Shown: positions 23,243-35,797 of the stretch, one piece after another
Position numbering within the stretch: the stretch's first letter is position 1
How the letters are laid out: each line of letters begins with the position of its first letter
Source of the DNA: Eledone cirrhosa
Lineage: Eukaryota
DNA length: 64,000 nucleotides
Assembly (NCBI GenBank): GCA_964016885.1
Contig: OZ024740.1
Span: 29,946,001 to 30,010,000 of the forward strand
Direction: 5' to 3'
Position numbers and translations under genes: made by a program
Notes under the pieces: generated by a model
Database searches by the model: none
The model's input: the letters and a program-made list of their open reading frames with translations, nothing else
What the model was told of the DNA's origin: nothing

Positions 23243-26200
23243 TGTTTCTTTATTAGCCACAGGGGCACAAAAGAAGGGGACAAATACAAAGGGGGAAGTT
23301 TACATACAATAAAAACGTGTAAAATATTATCACAAATGCAATTTAAAAATTAGTCGATTTTCCCCAATATGGGGAGACATTACATATGGGTAACATATAC
23401 CCCGAAAAAAAATGTGCAATCCTCATCTCCAGGAGTACGAATAGTTTGTACTCCTTTCCTCTCCTCCTCTTTTTCCTCAACCTACAGGCTGATATAGAGA
23501 GAAGGACCATTCACTCGGGCCATTCTCGTCACTTTCACCCACCTTTCATAAAACTGCTGGGGTACAGCACCTCCCTCTCCATCCTCATTCTTCTTCCAAA
23601 GTGGTATTTGAAAAAAAGAATCAGTTGTTGGCCGGAGAGAAAGGTGTCTGAGTTCAGCCCTTTCAACATTGTCCACCATACAACCTCTTTCGCCATAGCT
23701 GTCACACAAAGGAAAACCGCCTCTCCTTCGTTTTTGAAGGAAGGTGGCGGTTTGATTATGACAATGGACTCGGTGGTCAACCGGTTTGGTCCCACCCGCG
23801 ACAATAGTCGTTCTCCATAGCCACACACGCGACAATAGTCGTTCTACATAGCCCCACAGGTCGGTAACGCCCGGGCAGTGTATGAATGCGTGCGCGACGG
23901 TTTCTTCGTCTCGCACACAGCTCAGACAGATCATTTTTTTCAGGGTCCCTGCTCGGGCGCCCATGTCTCTAGAGCTTGTCTCGAACTGGTAGGGCTCCTC
24001 GGTAGCACTGCCAGGCCAGGGACTTTAGGAAGTTGTCCATCGGTCTCGGACGGAAGGTCCTACCGAACAGACTGGCCAGTTCGTCTTCCTCTACGCCTAG
24101 AGTTTCAACGAGCGCGTCGTCGCACTTGCTGCGGATCAACCCTCTATAGAATGACCAAGTGGAGTCTCCACTGATCGCCGGGTCTGCCTGTCAGAGGGCT
24201 GTGAACGGCTGAGCACATTCGATGTGCCAGTCGCCCATTTTCCTCGGTCTTTGCTTGACCCAGGACTGCAGCTCTGTCAGCGAGACGAGTCGTGGGAAGG
24301 CTCGCCTCACGACCGGTTGTCCAGTGAGAAATACCTAGAGATGCCGCAGCCTGAGTGCGTGTTTGCACATCGTCAGCCACGGCACCCCAGCCCTCCGTTT
24401 GAAGGGTGTTGACAGCAGATGGATCTTCTCACCAAAGGAGACCGCCTCTTCCAAAGGAATTGGAAGAGCGCGCGCTCCATTTTGGCGACCGTTTTGGCTG
24501 GACAAGGCACGACGGTCAAGCGGTAGTAGATGGCGGACGCTATAAAAGTGTTCGTCACCTCTGCTCAACCTTTCAAGGATAGTTTGCCCTCGGCCCATTC
24601 TGAGTGAGTGCAAACACCTTGGCCGACACCTCGTTCCAGTTTTTCTCCACCTGGAGGTCCGGACCAAACCAAACCCCGAGCAGCTTTACCGGTCCTTCTG
24701 TCCAGCATCCGACGACGCCATCGGAAGGCATCGGTTTGCCTCTCCACGATCCGAGTTGCAAACCGATGGACTTGTCCCGGTTCAGCTTCGCTCCTGTGAA
24801 CCTTTCGTATTCCTTCAGTAAGGTGCCGACTTCCTCGATTTGCGAGACACTCGACACCATTACTGTCACGTTGTCGGCGTAGGCTGACGCCGCTTTCCGC
24901 TGCCCCGGTTCCAGAGGGATGCCCTGCAATAGCTCCAACTTCCGCAGTAGTGGCTCGAGAGTCAGTACGCCCAGAAGGGGGGAGAGAGGGCATCCGTGTC
25001 GAATGGATCGCGTGATATGGAACGGCTCCGAGAGGTAACCGTTCACCTTGACCCTTGAGCAGATGTTGCTGTTTTGCATTGCAGCAATCCAGCCCCTGAA
25101 CACGGGTCCGAAGCCTGCCGCCTCGAGCACCGCATCCAGTTAACGATGGTCAACCCTATCGAAAGCCTTAGACTGATCCAAGTTGATCAGGGCCCCACCG
25201 AAGCCGGGTTTACACCCTACACTCTCTATGATGTATGGCATGAGGTGGAGATTGTCGTGTATGGACCTGGTCGGGATTGCGCATGTCTGTGCATCTCACA
25301 CCAGGTTCTCGACGACAAGCGCCAGCCGCTTTGCCAACACCTTGGCCAAAATATGTAACTCTGTGTTTAGCAGAGTTATGGGCCGGAAGCTGCCTATGTC
25401 ATCCCCCTTATTCTCGTCCTTCCTGACTAGTGTGACTACGCCCCCGGTCACAGAACTGGGAATTCTCCCGTTCTGTTTCCAGTTGCAGTAGACCGCTTCC
25501 AGGAGACCAGAGAATAAGTCCGGCATTGCTACGTAAAATTCGTAGGATAGACCGTCAAGACCTGGAGATTTGCGTTTGCCGCATTGGCTCAGCGCGTCCC
25601 CTATCTCAGCGTCTAAGGTCGGCCTTTCACAGAATTTTGCCTCGCTGTCCGAGAGTCGCAGTAGGCCGTCGAGGTATGGACCTAAATGCTTAACCCCTCC
25701 CGGCGCACCGCCCTGCCCGAACAGTTGAGCAAAGTGCCGTTGAAAGGCCGCACACATCTGCTTCGGCTCACGTATCACGCGTCCGTTTTGGTCCTTCAAA
25801 GACCGAATCGTGGACTTGTTGCCACTTTTTGCTTCCGTCACTCGCTTTGGCTCCCTCGTTTCCCAGAGCACGTATTTTGCATCTGACAACGCAGCCCTCG
25901 TGCTTTGCGTCGAAGAACTGATCCAAGGCCGTCCTCGTTACTAGCACGCTGGCTTTGTTGCCACTTCTAATTGCCTCTTCTACTGTATCTACCAGTTCCT
26001 TCTTGGTTCTATTTCTATCTAACGCTAATTCTTTACTAAAAACTAACGAGTCTAATCTAACTGCCCTCTTGAGAGAGTACCACCATCTGTTGTTGACAAT
26101 GGCCCCTGTAAAGTGCTGTTTAACTAAAGTGCTAATCCGTCTACTGTAGGCTTTGCATGTCGGTAACGACAAGTTCAGCTTCCAGTAGCCGGGTCCTTGT

Positions 26201-28850
26201 CTATGGGTTCTATCAAGGTTGACCATGTAGGTCACTAGTTTGTGATCTGAATAGGCAACCATGAACATTTGTGGACAGCTTAACAATTCCCTATCCTTAT
26301 TTCTAACTAGAACCCTATCTAGGTATGATCTAGATGTTCCGCTACGATTAGTCCACGTCCACAGTGGCACAGTCGGAAAATCTAGTCGATATCTATCGGC
26401 CAGGTCAAATCGGCCGATTAACTGTTTGAGGCTGTTACACCCCCCTTTATCGGGATATGCTCCCACATAGTCCCAACGTGCATCTAGGAATCCATTCCTG
26501 TCCCCCACTAAAATCAAGGAGCGGGACGTTCCCAGAAAAGTCTCTAGACGTTTGAAGAAGTCTGGTCGCGGTGTCCCGGATGGGGCATATGCGGCCACCA
26601 ACCTGAAGGCTCCACCTTCACTACCGTCAACGTCTAGGACCACCAGTCGACCCTCCAGGTCCAGATGTACCGTCTGTGTTACGAGGCCCAGGTGTTTCCG
26701 CAGCAAAACGGCACCCACCCACCCCCCCGGCCGACAGAGAGATGCGTAGATCTCAAAGTCATCGAAGATGGGGGCCAGCTGTGGATCCTGGCTGGACTCG
26801 CAAATGGCTACTACATCCATACTGTGCGACCTGAGGTCGTTTAAGAGTTTGCCCTGTTTCCAGGGAATCCCCAGGACGCGTACATTCACACATCCAACTC
26901 TTATATTGGCCATGTTGGTTCTGAAAAGTTAAAAGAGAAATAAACACTCACCTCTTCGTCTCCCGAGGATCAGGCCGCACGGTTTCCATGGGGGTGTTAG
27001 AGGGGTTGTCTGGGTGGGTGGTGGTTTCCGGCGGGGTGGGGACAGAGATCTTTGGTGCGGTGGGGGTGTCTGGGGTGAGGGTGGGGAAACTTTTTAAAAG
27101 GACGCGGTTAATGGGTTTAACACAAGGATTACCCACGTCCTTAGGAAAGTTTTCCTTTAAAGACTTATAGGTGTCCGTAGGGACCCTAATCATCTTTAAA
27201 TTAGGTTTGTCTATACAGTTCGAAAAAGTTTTCCCTTCGGTTTTCACCGAAGGGTCGTTGGAGATGACCTCCATTAAAGTTTTGTTTTTACTGTTTATGT
27301 ATGTGTAACGTTCTTGTTGTGTTGTGGTGGTTTTTGTCTGTTGTTCTTATGGGAGCTTTCCTTTTGTTGTAGGTGTTTGTGTTTGGAGTGATGTCGTGGT
27401 TTTGTTTTCGGGACGGGGGGGGGTTGTAATGTTTGTGTTGGTGGTTGTATGTTTGTAGTGATGTTTGTTGTTTTTTTTTGTTCTTGTGGTGTCTTTTCTT
27501 CTTTCTTTCCGAACGGAGAGGCTCTCCCTCATCGTCACTTGGTGATGATGTGGGGGCCTCGTCCGTTGTGGTGTCTGTGTTATTTGGAAGGGGTATGTTT
27601 TGGGGAGCTGTTGTGTTTGTGGGTGTTTTTGCAGTGGTTTTAGGTGGAGTGGGGCTGGGTGGGACTGTGCTTGCGGGTTGGTTTGTTGTTCTTGTTTTGG
27701 TTGTGTTTGCGTGTTGTTGTTGTTGTTGTTGTTGTTGTTGTGGTGGTGGTGGTGGTGGTGGTGGTGGTGGTGGTGGTGGTGGTGGTGGTTGTGTTGTTGT
27801 TTTGGGTGTTGGCAGTAGTGCCTCTTTTTTTGTAGATAACTGAGGACAGTAAGCCTTCAGGTGACCACTGCTTAAACAGTGGTAACATGAAGGCCGCCTA
27901 CTCTCAACAGAAATGTTTATGTGTGAAATTCCATCCAGAGGCACACGTTGGGTATTTTAGCTATCCGTTCTGACCTCATTTGCACCAGAACTTCCACGCT
28001 TGTACCATTGAATGTGCCTCTAGAGGACTTTCCCACCGAAATGATGGTGTCTTCGTCGAAATCGATGAAGCCAGTTAGAATCCACCAGACGTTTACATTT
28101 GGTGCAATGTTCGAAATTTTTCTTTTTTGTTTTCTTTTTCCCATATATGTGGGGAAAAAGGTGTAAAGGGGGCATACAATCGGCGATACAGAATATTTTT
28201 TGTGCTGTCAATTGGTCTTTCAACAACACCGAAATGCTTCCAAAAAGTTTCCCTTTTTGGATGAAGGCAATATCCTTCATGGAATTCTTCAGAACCAGTT
28301 CAATATCGTTTGGGGATAATTGAACTGGTTTTTCGACACATTTGAAACCGTCCTAAAAATTACTGTTTTTAAAACAGTCTCTCTGCGTAACTGTTGAGGA
28401 GAAGTGATGCTGAAAGCACCACTCTCACCAAAAGTTACGTACTGTTTTGCATCGCTTAACATTTCCCTAGCATTGGAAATGTCAAGATGTGAACAGTTCG
28501 GTCTTTTGGACGGTTTGAGCAAAGGAAATCTTTTCCTTGTTCGTGGAGTTGGTCGTGTTGCTGTTGTTGTTTGTGGTCTTGTTGTTATCATTGTTGCTGT
28601 TGTTGTTTGTGGTGTTGTTGTTATCATTGTTGCTGTTGTTGTTCTTGTTGTCATTATTGTTGTTGTTGTTCTTCTTCTTCTTCTGGTTGGTGTTTATATT
28701 TTGCATATTATTGGTGTTTGTGTTAGTGTTGATGTTACAATCAACGTCCGACATCGTGTTTTCAAAACTGACGACATTTTCGATGTCTTTCAATTTCGGG
28801 TTGTCTTTGTTAATATGGAACCTTTGTATTCAACACAAAATATTAATGTT
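23243..28850 (-). mobile_element. Tx1-clade copy 6 (subfamily D), near full length, most degenerate
   Basis: ORF2 fragments at 23482-26913 and ORF1 fragments at 26948-28793 (CYHCLSSGHLKAYC), with many indels. The 5' boundary is approximate. Confidence 0.9.
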
Positions 28851-28897
28851 GAATTATATGAAAAAATATATAATGAAATGATTTTACATGAAAATAA

Positions 28898-29270
28898 TGT
28901 GTGTATGTGTGAGCGGGTGCATATGTGTGAGTGTGTGTATATATGTGAGTGAGTGTGTATGTGTGTGAGCATATTTTGCGTGTCTGCTATTGCGGTTATG
29001 TCGTATGTATATTCACGGAGTGAATTCTACGTAAGTATATGTATATATGTATGTATGTATACGTATGCATGTATTTATGAATGAATGCATGTATTTATGT
29101 ATATGTATGTATATATATATATATATATATTTACAAACAAACCGAACATTATAATAAATGTTCGGTAAACCGATACGTGCATATATATATGTGTGCATGT
29201 ATGTATATATATACATACTACTGTACGTCTGTATACATATATGTATGTACGTATACATACATACTTACAT
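28898..29270. repeat. (TG)n/(TA)n/(TATG)n compound microsatellite
   Basis: Direct inspection. Confidence 0.85.
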
Positions 29271-29296
29271 TTAAGTAACTGCCGTACTAAGAGTGA

Positions 29297-29633
29297 GAAA
29301 TAAAATTTCGTTTAATTCTATTCCATTTATCGTTTTGGGTGCGCTCCGCCGACTAAAGTCACTCGATATGCAAATTAGGCGGCTCAGCCGTTAATATGCA
29401 TAATGAAAGTATATACTTCCAGACGTTCAGCCATCTGGCAGGAAGGTATACGATGCTGACGATAGCTAATAAGCTTGAAACTAGTACATCGTTCCTGTGT
29501 CAGTGTTGAACAAAAAGGTGACGTGGTTGCCTAAACACTGTACGGCGTAATTCGGTTTGTTTGTTCACAAACAAACCGAACATTATAATAAATGTTCGGT
29601 AAACCGAAATGAAATTTCGTTTCGTTCTATTCC

Positions 29634-29639
<6 letters not shown>
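29297..29639 (+). mobile_element. Retrozyme-like or non-autonomous Penelope-type unit (309-bp period) with terminal direct repeat
   Basis: GAAAT(A/G)AAATTTCGTTT..TTCTATTCCATTTAT occurs at 29297-29330 and 29606-29639. The unit has an internal hammerhead and microsatellite flanks. Confidence 0.55.
29450..29492 (+). ncRNA. Minimal type I hammerhead ribozyme
   Basis: ACGATG-CTGACGA-TAGCT/AATA/AGCTT-GAAA-CTAG-TA^-CATCGT. It has a 6-bp stem I, an intact core and a palindromic stem III. Confidence 0.85.
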
Positions 29640-29683
<44 letters not shown>

Positions 29684-29712
29684 TTGTATATATGTATATT
29701 TATTTATATATG

Positions 29713-29796
<84 letters not shown>

Positions 29797-29824
29797 TATA
29801 TACATACATACAATACATACATAC
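29638..29824. repeat. (TA)n/(TACA)n microsatellite
   Basis: Direct inspection. Confidence 0.9.
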
Positions 29825-30480
29825 ATGGTGGCTGCCAACTCGTTTTCTAGTACGGCCTCTACTTTATATCCATGTAGGAGAACCCCTACCGATGCGCTGA
29901 ACGAGTGTGACTTTTTAGTCCAGCCAGCGACTTGAAAACTCTGGTACAAACACTACACTTGTGACAATTATTGACACATAGTGCTGGGCCCATGGTACCA
30001 TGTGACGACAAGGGCAGAGAGATCTCCAGATATAAAGCAATGCCTGTGCCGTGAAGCTTTTATAGTGAGCAAAGGCACTGCACAAAGCCAGTCCAACTCT
30101 CTTAACCAAGAGAATATTTACCAAAAAGAACAAGTCAACATCATTGGATGCCATCAGGATTGCAGGTGTTATATCAGAGTTTTCCTTCTCCTAGAATTCT
30201 GCCTTGACAAAGGCTAAGAGGTCATCTCTCCCGGTGATTTTGGATGGCCATTGACTCTTAAGAGCTCCTTTGCCCTTTGACAGGTTTTGTTTTTAGTCCT
30301 GCAGGATGTCCAAAGTCACCCTCCTCACCAAGAAACCTTGGTGGGGTTGCCAGTTTAGTCGCCAACGACCCGACCATGAGACAGGTTGTACTGGGATACA
30401 TGGTACCATGTGATGACAAGTGCAGAGAGATTTCCAGATATAAAGCAATGCCTGTGCCGTGAAGCTTTTATAGTGAGCAT
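29825..30480 (-). mobile_element. Non-autonomous RTE-related element, copy a
   Basis: Near-identical to 35189-35797. It has an RTE-type 5' UTR motif (CTAGGAGAAGGAAACTCT), a zinc-finger-like 3' remnant and an (ATGT)n tail. Confidence 0.7.
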
Positions 30481-30589
30481 ACATACGTACATACATGATG
30501 GCTGCCCCCTCGTTATCGAGTATGGCCATTGCACGAGGATAAAAAAATATAAATAAATAAAAATTAATAAATAAATAAATAAAAAAAAA

Positions 30590-30930
<341 letters not shown>

Positions 30931-30935
30931 ATAGC

Positions 30936-32590
30936 AACTAACAGCGCTGCGATCGAATGTGGCTTTTTAGCCCAGCCAATGATCTAAAATGTCTTGCACA
31001 GAGTCGGCAACCAAAACATTCACTGGGAATAGTCGGCTGTTGTTGGAGTTCATCTACTTTTGCATGTCGCTTGAGCCCTCCTGCCGATTTACATTCTCTA
31101 CCACATGTTTGGCAAGCATGATGAGCAGCATCTCCAACAGCAGCCTGGTAGTCAACCACTGGTCTTACTTTATGACTGCGAAGATGACTTTCGAGTCCAG
31201 CTTTGTTTAGGCAGAGTCTCGCACAGACGCTGCATGTCAGCACCATAGGAGGACCTTCACCCTCTGGAAGTGCAACAGCAATGCCCTTCCTCACATCCCG
31301 CTTTACTTTCTCGTATGCGATTCGAGATGCCTCAAAGGCAACTTTTCCCTCATATACAGTCTTTATCCATTTATTACGATCAGCAGCAATAGTTTCCTAT
31401 GTATCAGCAGAGGTGTTAGCGTCTTTCAAAGAGGCTTTCAAGGAATCCTTATACCTCTTTTTTTGGTTTATGTGGCGGTCGTTTTCCTTTAACCAACTCT
31501 CCATAAAAGAGTTGTTTTGGTATTCTAGAATCCTTCATCCTGGCAAGGTGACCACTCCAACGTAGTCGTTGCTTAAGCACAAGAGCTTCTATACTGTCAC
31601 ACATAGAGCTTTCCAAAATCTCGATATCACTGATGTGGTCCCTCCATTGAACGCCATGGATCCGTCTGAGACACATCTGATGAAAACGCTCCAATTGCTT
31701 AAGGTGGTGTCCATATGTGACCCAGGTCTCGCAGGCATAAAGAAGACAAGAGAGCACACATGCCTTGTACACCTTTACCTTTGTCCTCCTGCATATGTCT
31801 CGCCGACCCCAGAGTCCCCTTTCTAGCTTTCCGAAAGCATCACTTGCTTTCCTAATCCTAAGTCAGATTTCACTGTCAAGGTTGCTGTATCGATTGACAG
31901 TGATTCCCAGGTATACAAACTGATCAACCACTCCAAGTCGTTTACCATACACATAGATATTTGGTTCAGTCTACTGCTTACCAGGGGCAGGTTGGTACAT
32001 GACGACGGTTTTCTTGAGACTGACAGTCAATCCTAGGGCAGTGCAAGCGTCAGAAAATACATTCAAAATGTGCTGCATATCACTCTCTGTGTGCGCTACA
32101 AGATCGCAATCATCTGCATACAAGAGGTCTCTTATGATTGATGTAAATACTTTTGTCTTTGCAGCAAAGCCCCTGATGTTAAATATGCTGCCTGAAGTTC
32201 GATATCGGATGTAAACACCATGCTCGCAATTCCTGAATGCAATACTGAAAACCATTGCAAAGTATATGGCAAACAGGATCGGTGCTGGAATATCCCCCTG
32301 TTTCACTCCATTTTTTACTGAGATAGGCTCCGACATGTTACCTCCGACATTAACCCAAGCCTTCATGTCGTCATGGAAAGACCTAACTAAAGCAAGGAAC
32401 TTATCAGGGCAACCAAGTTTCTGGAGAACCTTCCATAATGCATTTCTGTTAACAGTATCGAAAGCTTTTGTCAGATCGACAAAAACCTGGTACAGATCCA
32501 AACCTTGTTCCATGCACTTCTCCTAGAGCTGTCTAGCTGAGAAGATCATATCAGTAGTGCCGCGTCTAGAACGAAAACCAGATTGACTTT
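30936..32590 (-). mobile_element. RTE-clade LINE, 5'-truncated and degenerate (RT plus C-terminal C2H2 fingers)
   Basis: Carries FVDLTKAFDTV, GVKQGD, LLYADD, LLYACETW and RLRWSGHLARM..RIPKQLFYGEL. ORF 30938-31294 has three C2H2-like fingers. Confidence 0.9.
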
Positions 32591-32633
32591 CATACGTACA
32601 TAAATACATACATACATACATACATACATACAT

Positions 32634-35177
32634 TTTCTTAAGATAAGAAAACACCAGGAAGAGACATGATTGTCGGCTACTGGTACAAAAAACTAATATT
32701 CTATCGGAGGTATTTTACTGACCTCTACCAACAAGTTCTTAAGGGAGATACACTTATACCAGAATGGTTGACATTAGCACAAACGTTACTGGTCCCCAAG
32801 AACAAAGACACCCACTTGGCAAAAAACTACCGACCCATTGCATGCCAGAACTTGATGTATAAGATGTATACAGCCTGCCTGAACCTATTCCTCCTAAGAT
32901 CACTGTGAAAATAATAACATCATCCCAGATGAACAAGTAGCTGGAAAGAAAGTGGTTTGGGGATGTGCTGAACAACTCCTAATCAACAAAACTGCGATGT
33001 CAGAGGTGCGACAACTCAGGAGGAATATGACTACAGTCTGGCTGGACTACAGGAAAGCTTTCGATTCTGTTCCCCACTCTTGGATGATAGAGGCCCTCCA
33101 ACTTGCTAAAGTCCCAGACATTATTGTCAGAGCCATAGAGAGGCTGTCTTCTTCTTGGGCTACTATCCTAAGGTTAAAGACAGAGAGGGGGGACTCTATT
33201 TTCACTGATAAAATAAAATATTGCAGAGGTATATTTCAGGGGGACAGTCTCTCTGTGATATTATTCATTTTGTCATTAAACCCCTTGTCCTTTCTGTTCA
33301 AGAAATGTGAGGGATACATCATTGGCTCACAGGAGGACAGAAATACGAACCTAACCCATAATTTCTTTGTGGACGATCTGAAACTCTATGCCAAGAACAT
33401 GGATGGGATGAAGAAAAATCTTGACCTGGTTACAACGTTCTCAAAGGATATAGGAATGGAGTTTGGCCAAGATAAATGCTCATACATGACTGTAATGCGG
33501 GGAAAAACAACAACCCAATCTAGAAAAATTGTCATCAATGGCCTAACTGTTTTTCCGATATCTGATGAGGACTGATACAGATACCTTGGGATAGAAGAGA
33601 ACATATCCTATAATGGTATCTGTAATAAAGAAGGGGTAACCAGGGAATACTACACCCGATTAAGAAAGATTTGGTCATCGGAACACTTTGCGCTAAATAA
33701 AACAGTGGCTCACAATGTGTTTGCTGTGCCTGTCCTAACACTAACGTTTGGAATACTCAATTGAACGATAGACAAAATCCGAGCAGTTGATGTTGGAACT
33801 CGAAAAATACTAAACAACACAGGAAACCTCCACATCAACAGTGTCATAGACCGACTTTACTTGAAACGTAAGCAGGGAGGCAGAGGCCTAACATCAGTCC
33901 AGACAACATTTGAATGTCGCATCATATCCATCCGACAACATCTACGAACCTCGAAGCGTAGGAGCCCGCTGCTGGAGCAAGTCTATCTGCATGAAACAGA
34001 TAAGATCATGAGAGTTGGGAAGGAACTCCTTGAGAGATATTCCCTGTGTGATAATCAAAAACTCACACCCAGGGATGTCGCTCAGCAGTATCGCAGTGAA
34101 TCCATGGATGAAAAACTGCATGCCTATCAGCAAAAAATCATGCATGGATATGTTGCCAGGAAGCTCCAGAGTGAGAGTAATATAGATAAGGAAAGTAGTC
34201 TATCTTGGACCAACAACCGCTATATTGGCTCCCACTTTGAAGGATACGCGTTTGAAATCCAAGAATAGGAGATTAACACGAAATACCTGCTTCACAAAAG
34301 AGATAGGGATGCAGGCAAAACACCTAGATGTGATAACAAGTGCAGACTCTTCAGAACTAACATCGAGTATATCACCCATGTCATCAGCATCTGTCCAAAG
34401 ATGTCATCGCGATACTATCTACCTATGAGGCATGATGTAGTGGCCAACACACTGTACAATGCAGTTCGTAAAAAAAGATAGCCCCGATAATAAACACATT
34501 AAAAGCTACAGCAATGTGGAAGACATCCACGTACATAATATGAAAGAGTACTGGTGGAACGTTCCAGTAAAAACCCCAATAAAATGCAGGCATAACAGAT
34601 CAAATGTCATGATATGGGACAGGGAGAAGAAAGCAAGCACAGTAGTGGAAATTAGCTGCCCAGCAGATGCCAATATAATATCAAAGATTAGTGAAAAGGA
34701 GAATATTTATGCAGAACTGATGAGAAATCTGCAGATACTCCACCCTGATTACACCTTCAGATGTATGCCTGTGATTATTGGGGCACTGGGGTTTGTTAGT
34801 AACTGCCTCAATACAAATCTTGAGAAGCTAAGCTTCACAGGAACAGAAAGAACACAACTAGTTAGGAAATTACAAGTATAATCCATTAATGGAACAGTAA
34901 AAATATGTAAAACATTCCAAAAATGTTGCATCTAATAACTGCATATACACATGTACAGATACAAAGCATATACACATGCACACATACAACTCAAAACATA
35001 CACATCCACACATACAATAACATCCATATCTACACATGCATGCATGCAGACATACATACATACCTACCTAGTTGATGTTGTGTAAATTCCAAAGAGAGAG
35101 TCTTGTGTCTATGTTAGAAACCCACTCTCTCTCTCTCTATTGGTAAAACTTTGTGAAATTATAAAACCAGAAGAAAA
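32634..35177 (+). mobile_element. R4/Dong-like RLE-type non-LTR retrotransposon, 5'-truncated and degenerate
   Basis: Carries YRPIAC, WLDYRKAFDSVPHSW, GIFQGDSLS, FVDDLK and KRKQGGRGL, plus a zinc-knuckle/RHD region and the RLE-like HNR.NVMIWD..VVEISCP. It has (CATA)n on both sides. Confidence 0.85.
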
Positions 35178-35188
35178 TACATACATAC

Positions 35189-35797
35189 ATGGTGGCTGCC
35201 AACTCGTATTCGAGTACGGCCACTACTTTATATCCATGTAGGAGAACCCCTACCGATGCGCTGAACGAGTGTGACTTTTTAGTCCAGCCAGCGACTTGAA
35301 AACTCTGGTACAAACACTACACTTGTGACAATTATTGACACATAGTGCTAGGCCATGGTACCATGTGACGACAAGTGCAGAGAGATCTCCAGATATAAAG
35401 CAATGCCTGTGTCGTGAAGCTTTTATAGTGAGCAACGGCACTGCACAAAGCCAGTCCCACCCTCTTAACCAAGATGATATTTACCAAAAAGAAGAACAAG
35501 TCAACATCATTGGATACCATCAGGGTTGCAGGTGTTATATTAGAGTTTTCCTTCTCCTAGAATTCTGCCTTGACAAAGGCTAAGGGGTCATCTCTCCCGG
35601 TGATTTTGGATGGCCATTGACTCTTAAGAGCTCCTTTGCCCTTTGACAGGTTTTGTTTTTAGTCCTGCAGGATGTCCAAAGTCACCCTCCTCACCAAGAA
35701 ACCTTGGTGGGGTTTCCAGTTTAGTCGCCAACGACCCGACCATGGGACAGGTTGTACTGGAATACATGTTACCATTAGCACCAACTGGTGACCTGAC
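35189..35797 (-). mobile_element. Non-autonomous RTE-related element, copy b
   Basis: Duplicate of 29825-30400. It encodes [26 protein letters not shown], similar to the last finger of the RTE at 30938. It is flanked by (CATA)n. Confidence 0.72.

Noticed and set aside
23795-23856. 31-bp tandem duplication in copy 6 ORF2
   Set aside because: Ordinary post-insertion decay.
190-27850. Plus-strand ORFs overlapping the Tx1 elements
   Set aside because: They are antisense shadows of the retrotransposon ORFs and recur only because the elements recur.
92-28850. Telomeric HeT-A/TART-like role for the array
   Set aside because: There are no telomeric repeats and ordinary repeat-rich DNA lies on both sides; chromosome position is unknown.
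35705-35797. HDV-like ribozyme at the 5' end of the non-autonomous RTE
   Set aside because: P2-like (TTCCAGT/ACTGGAA) and P4-like stems are present, but I could not build P1, P3 and L3 with correct spacing. An Infernal search is needed.
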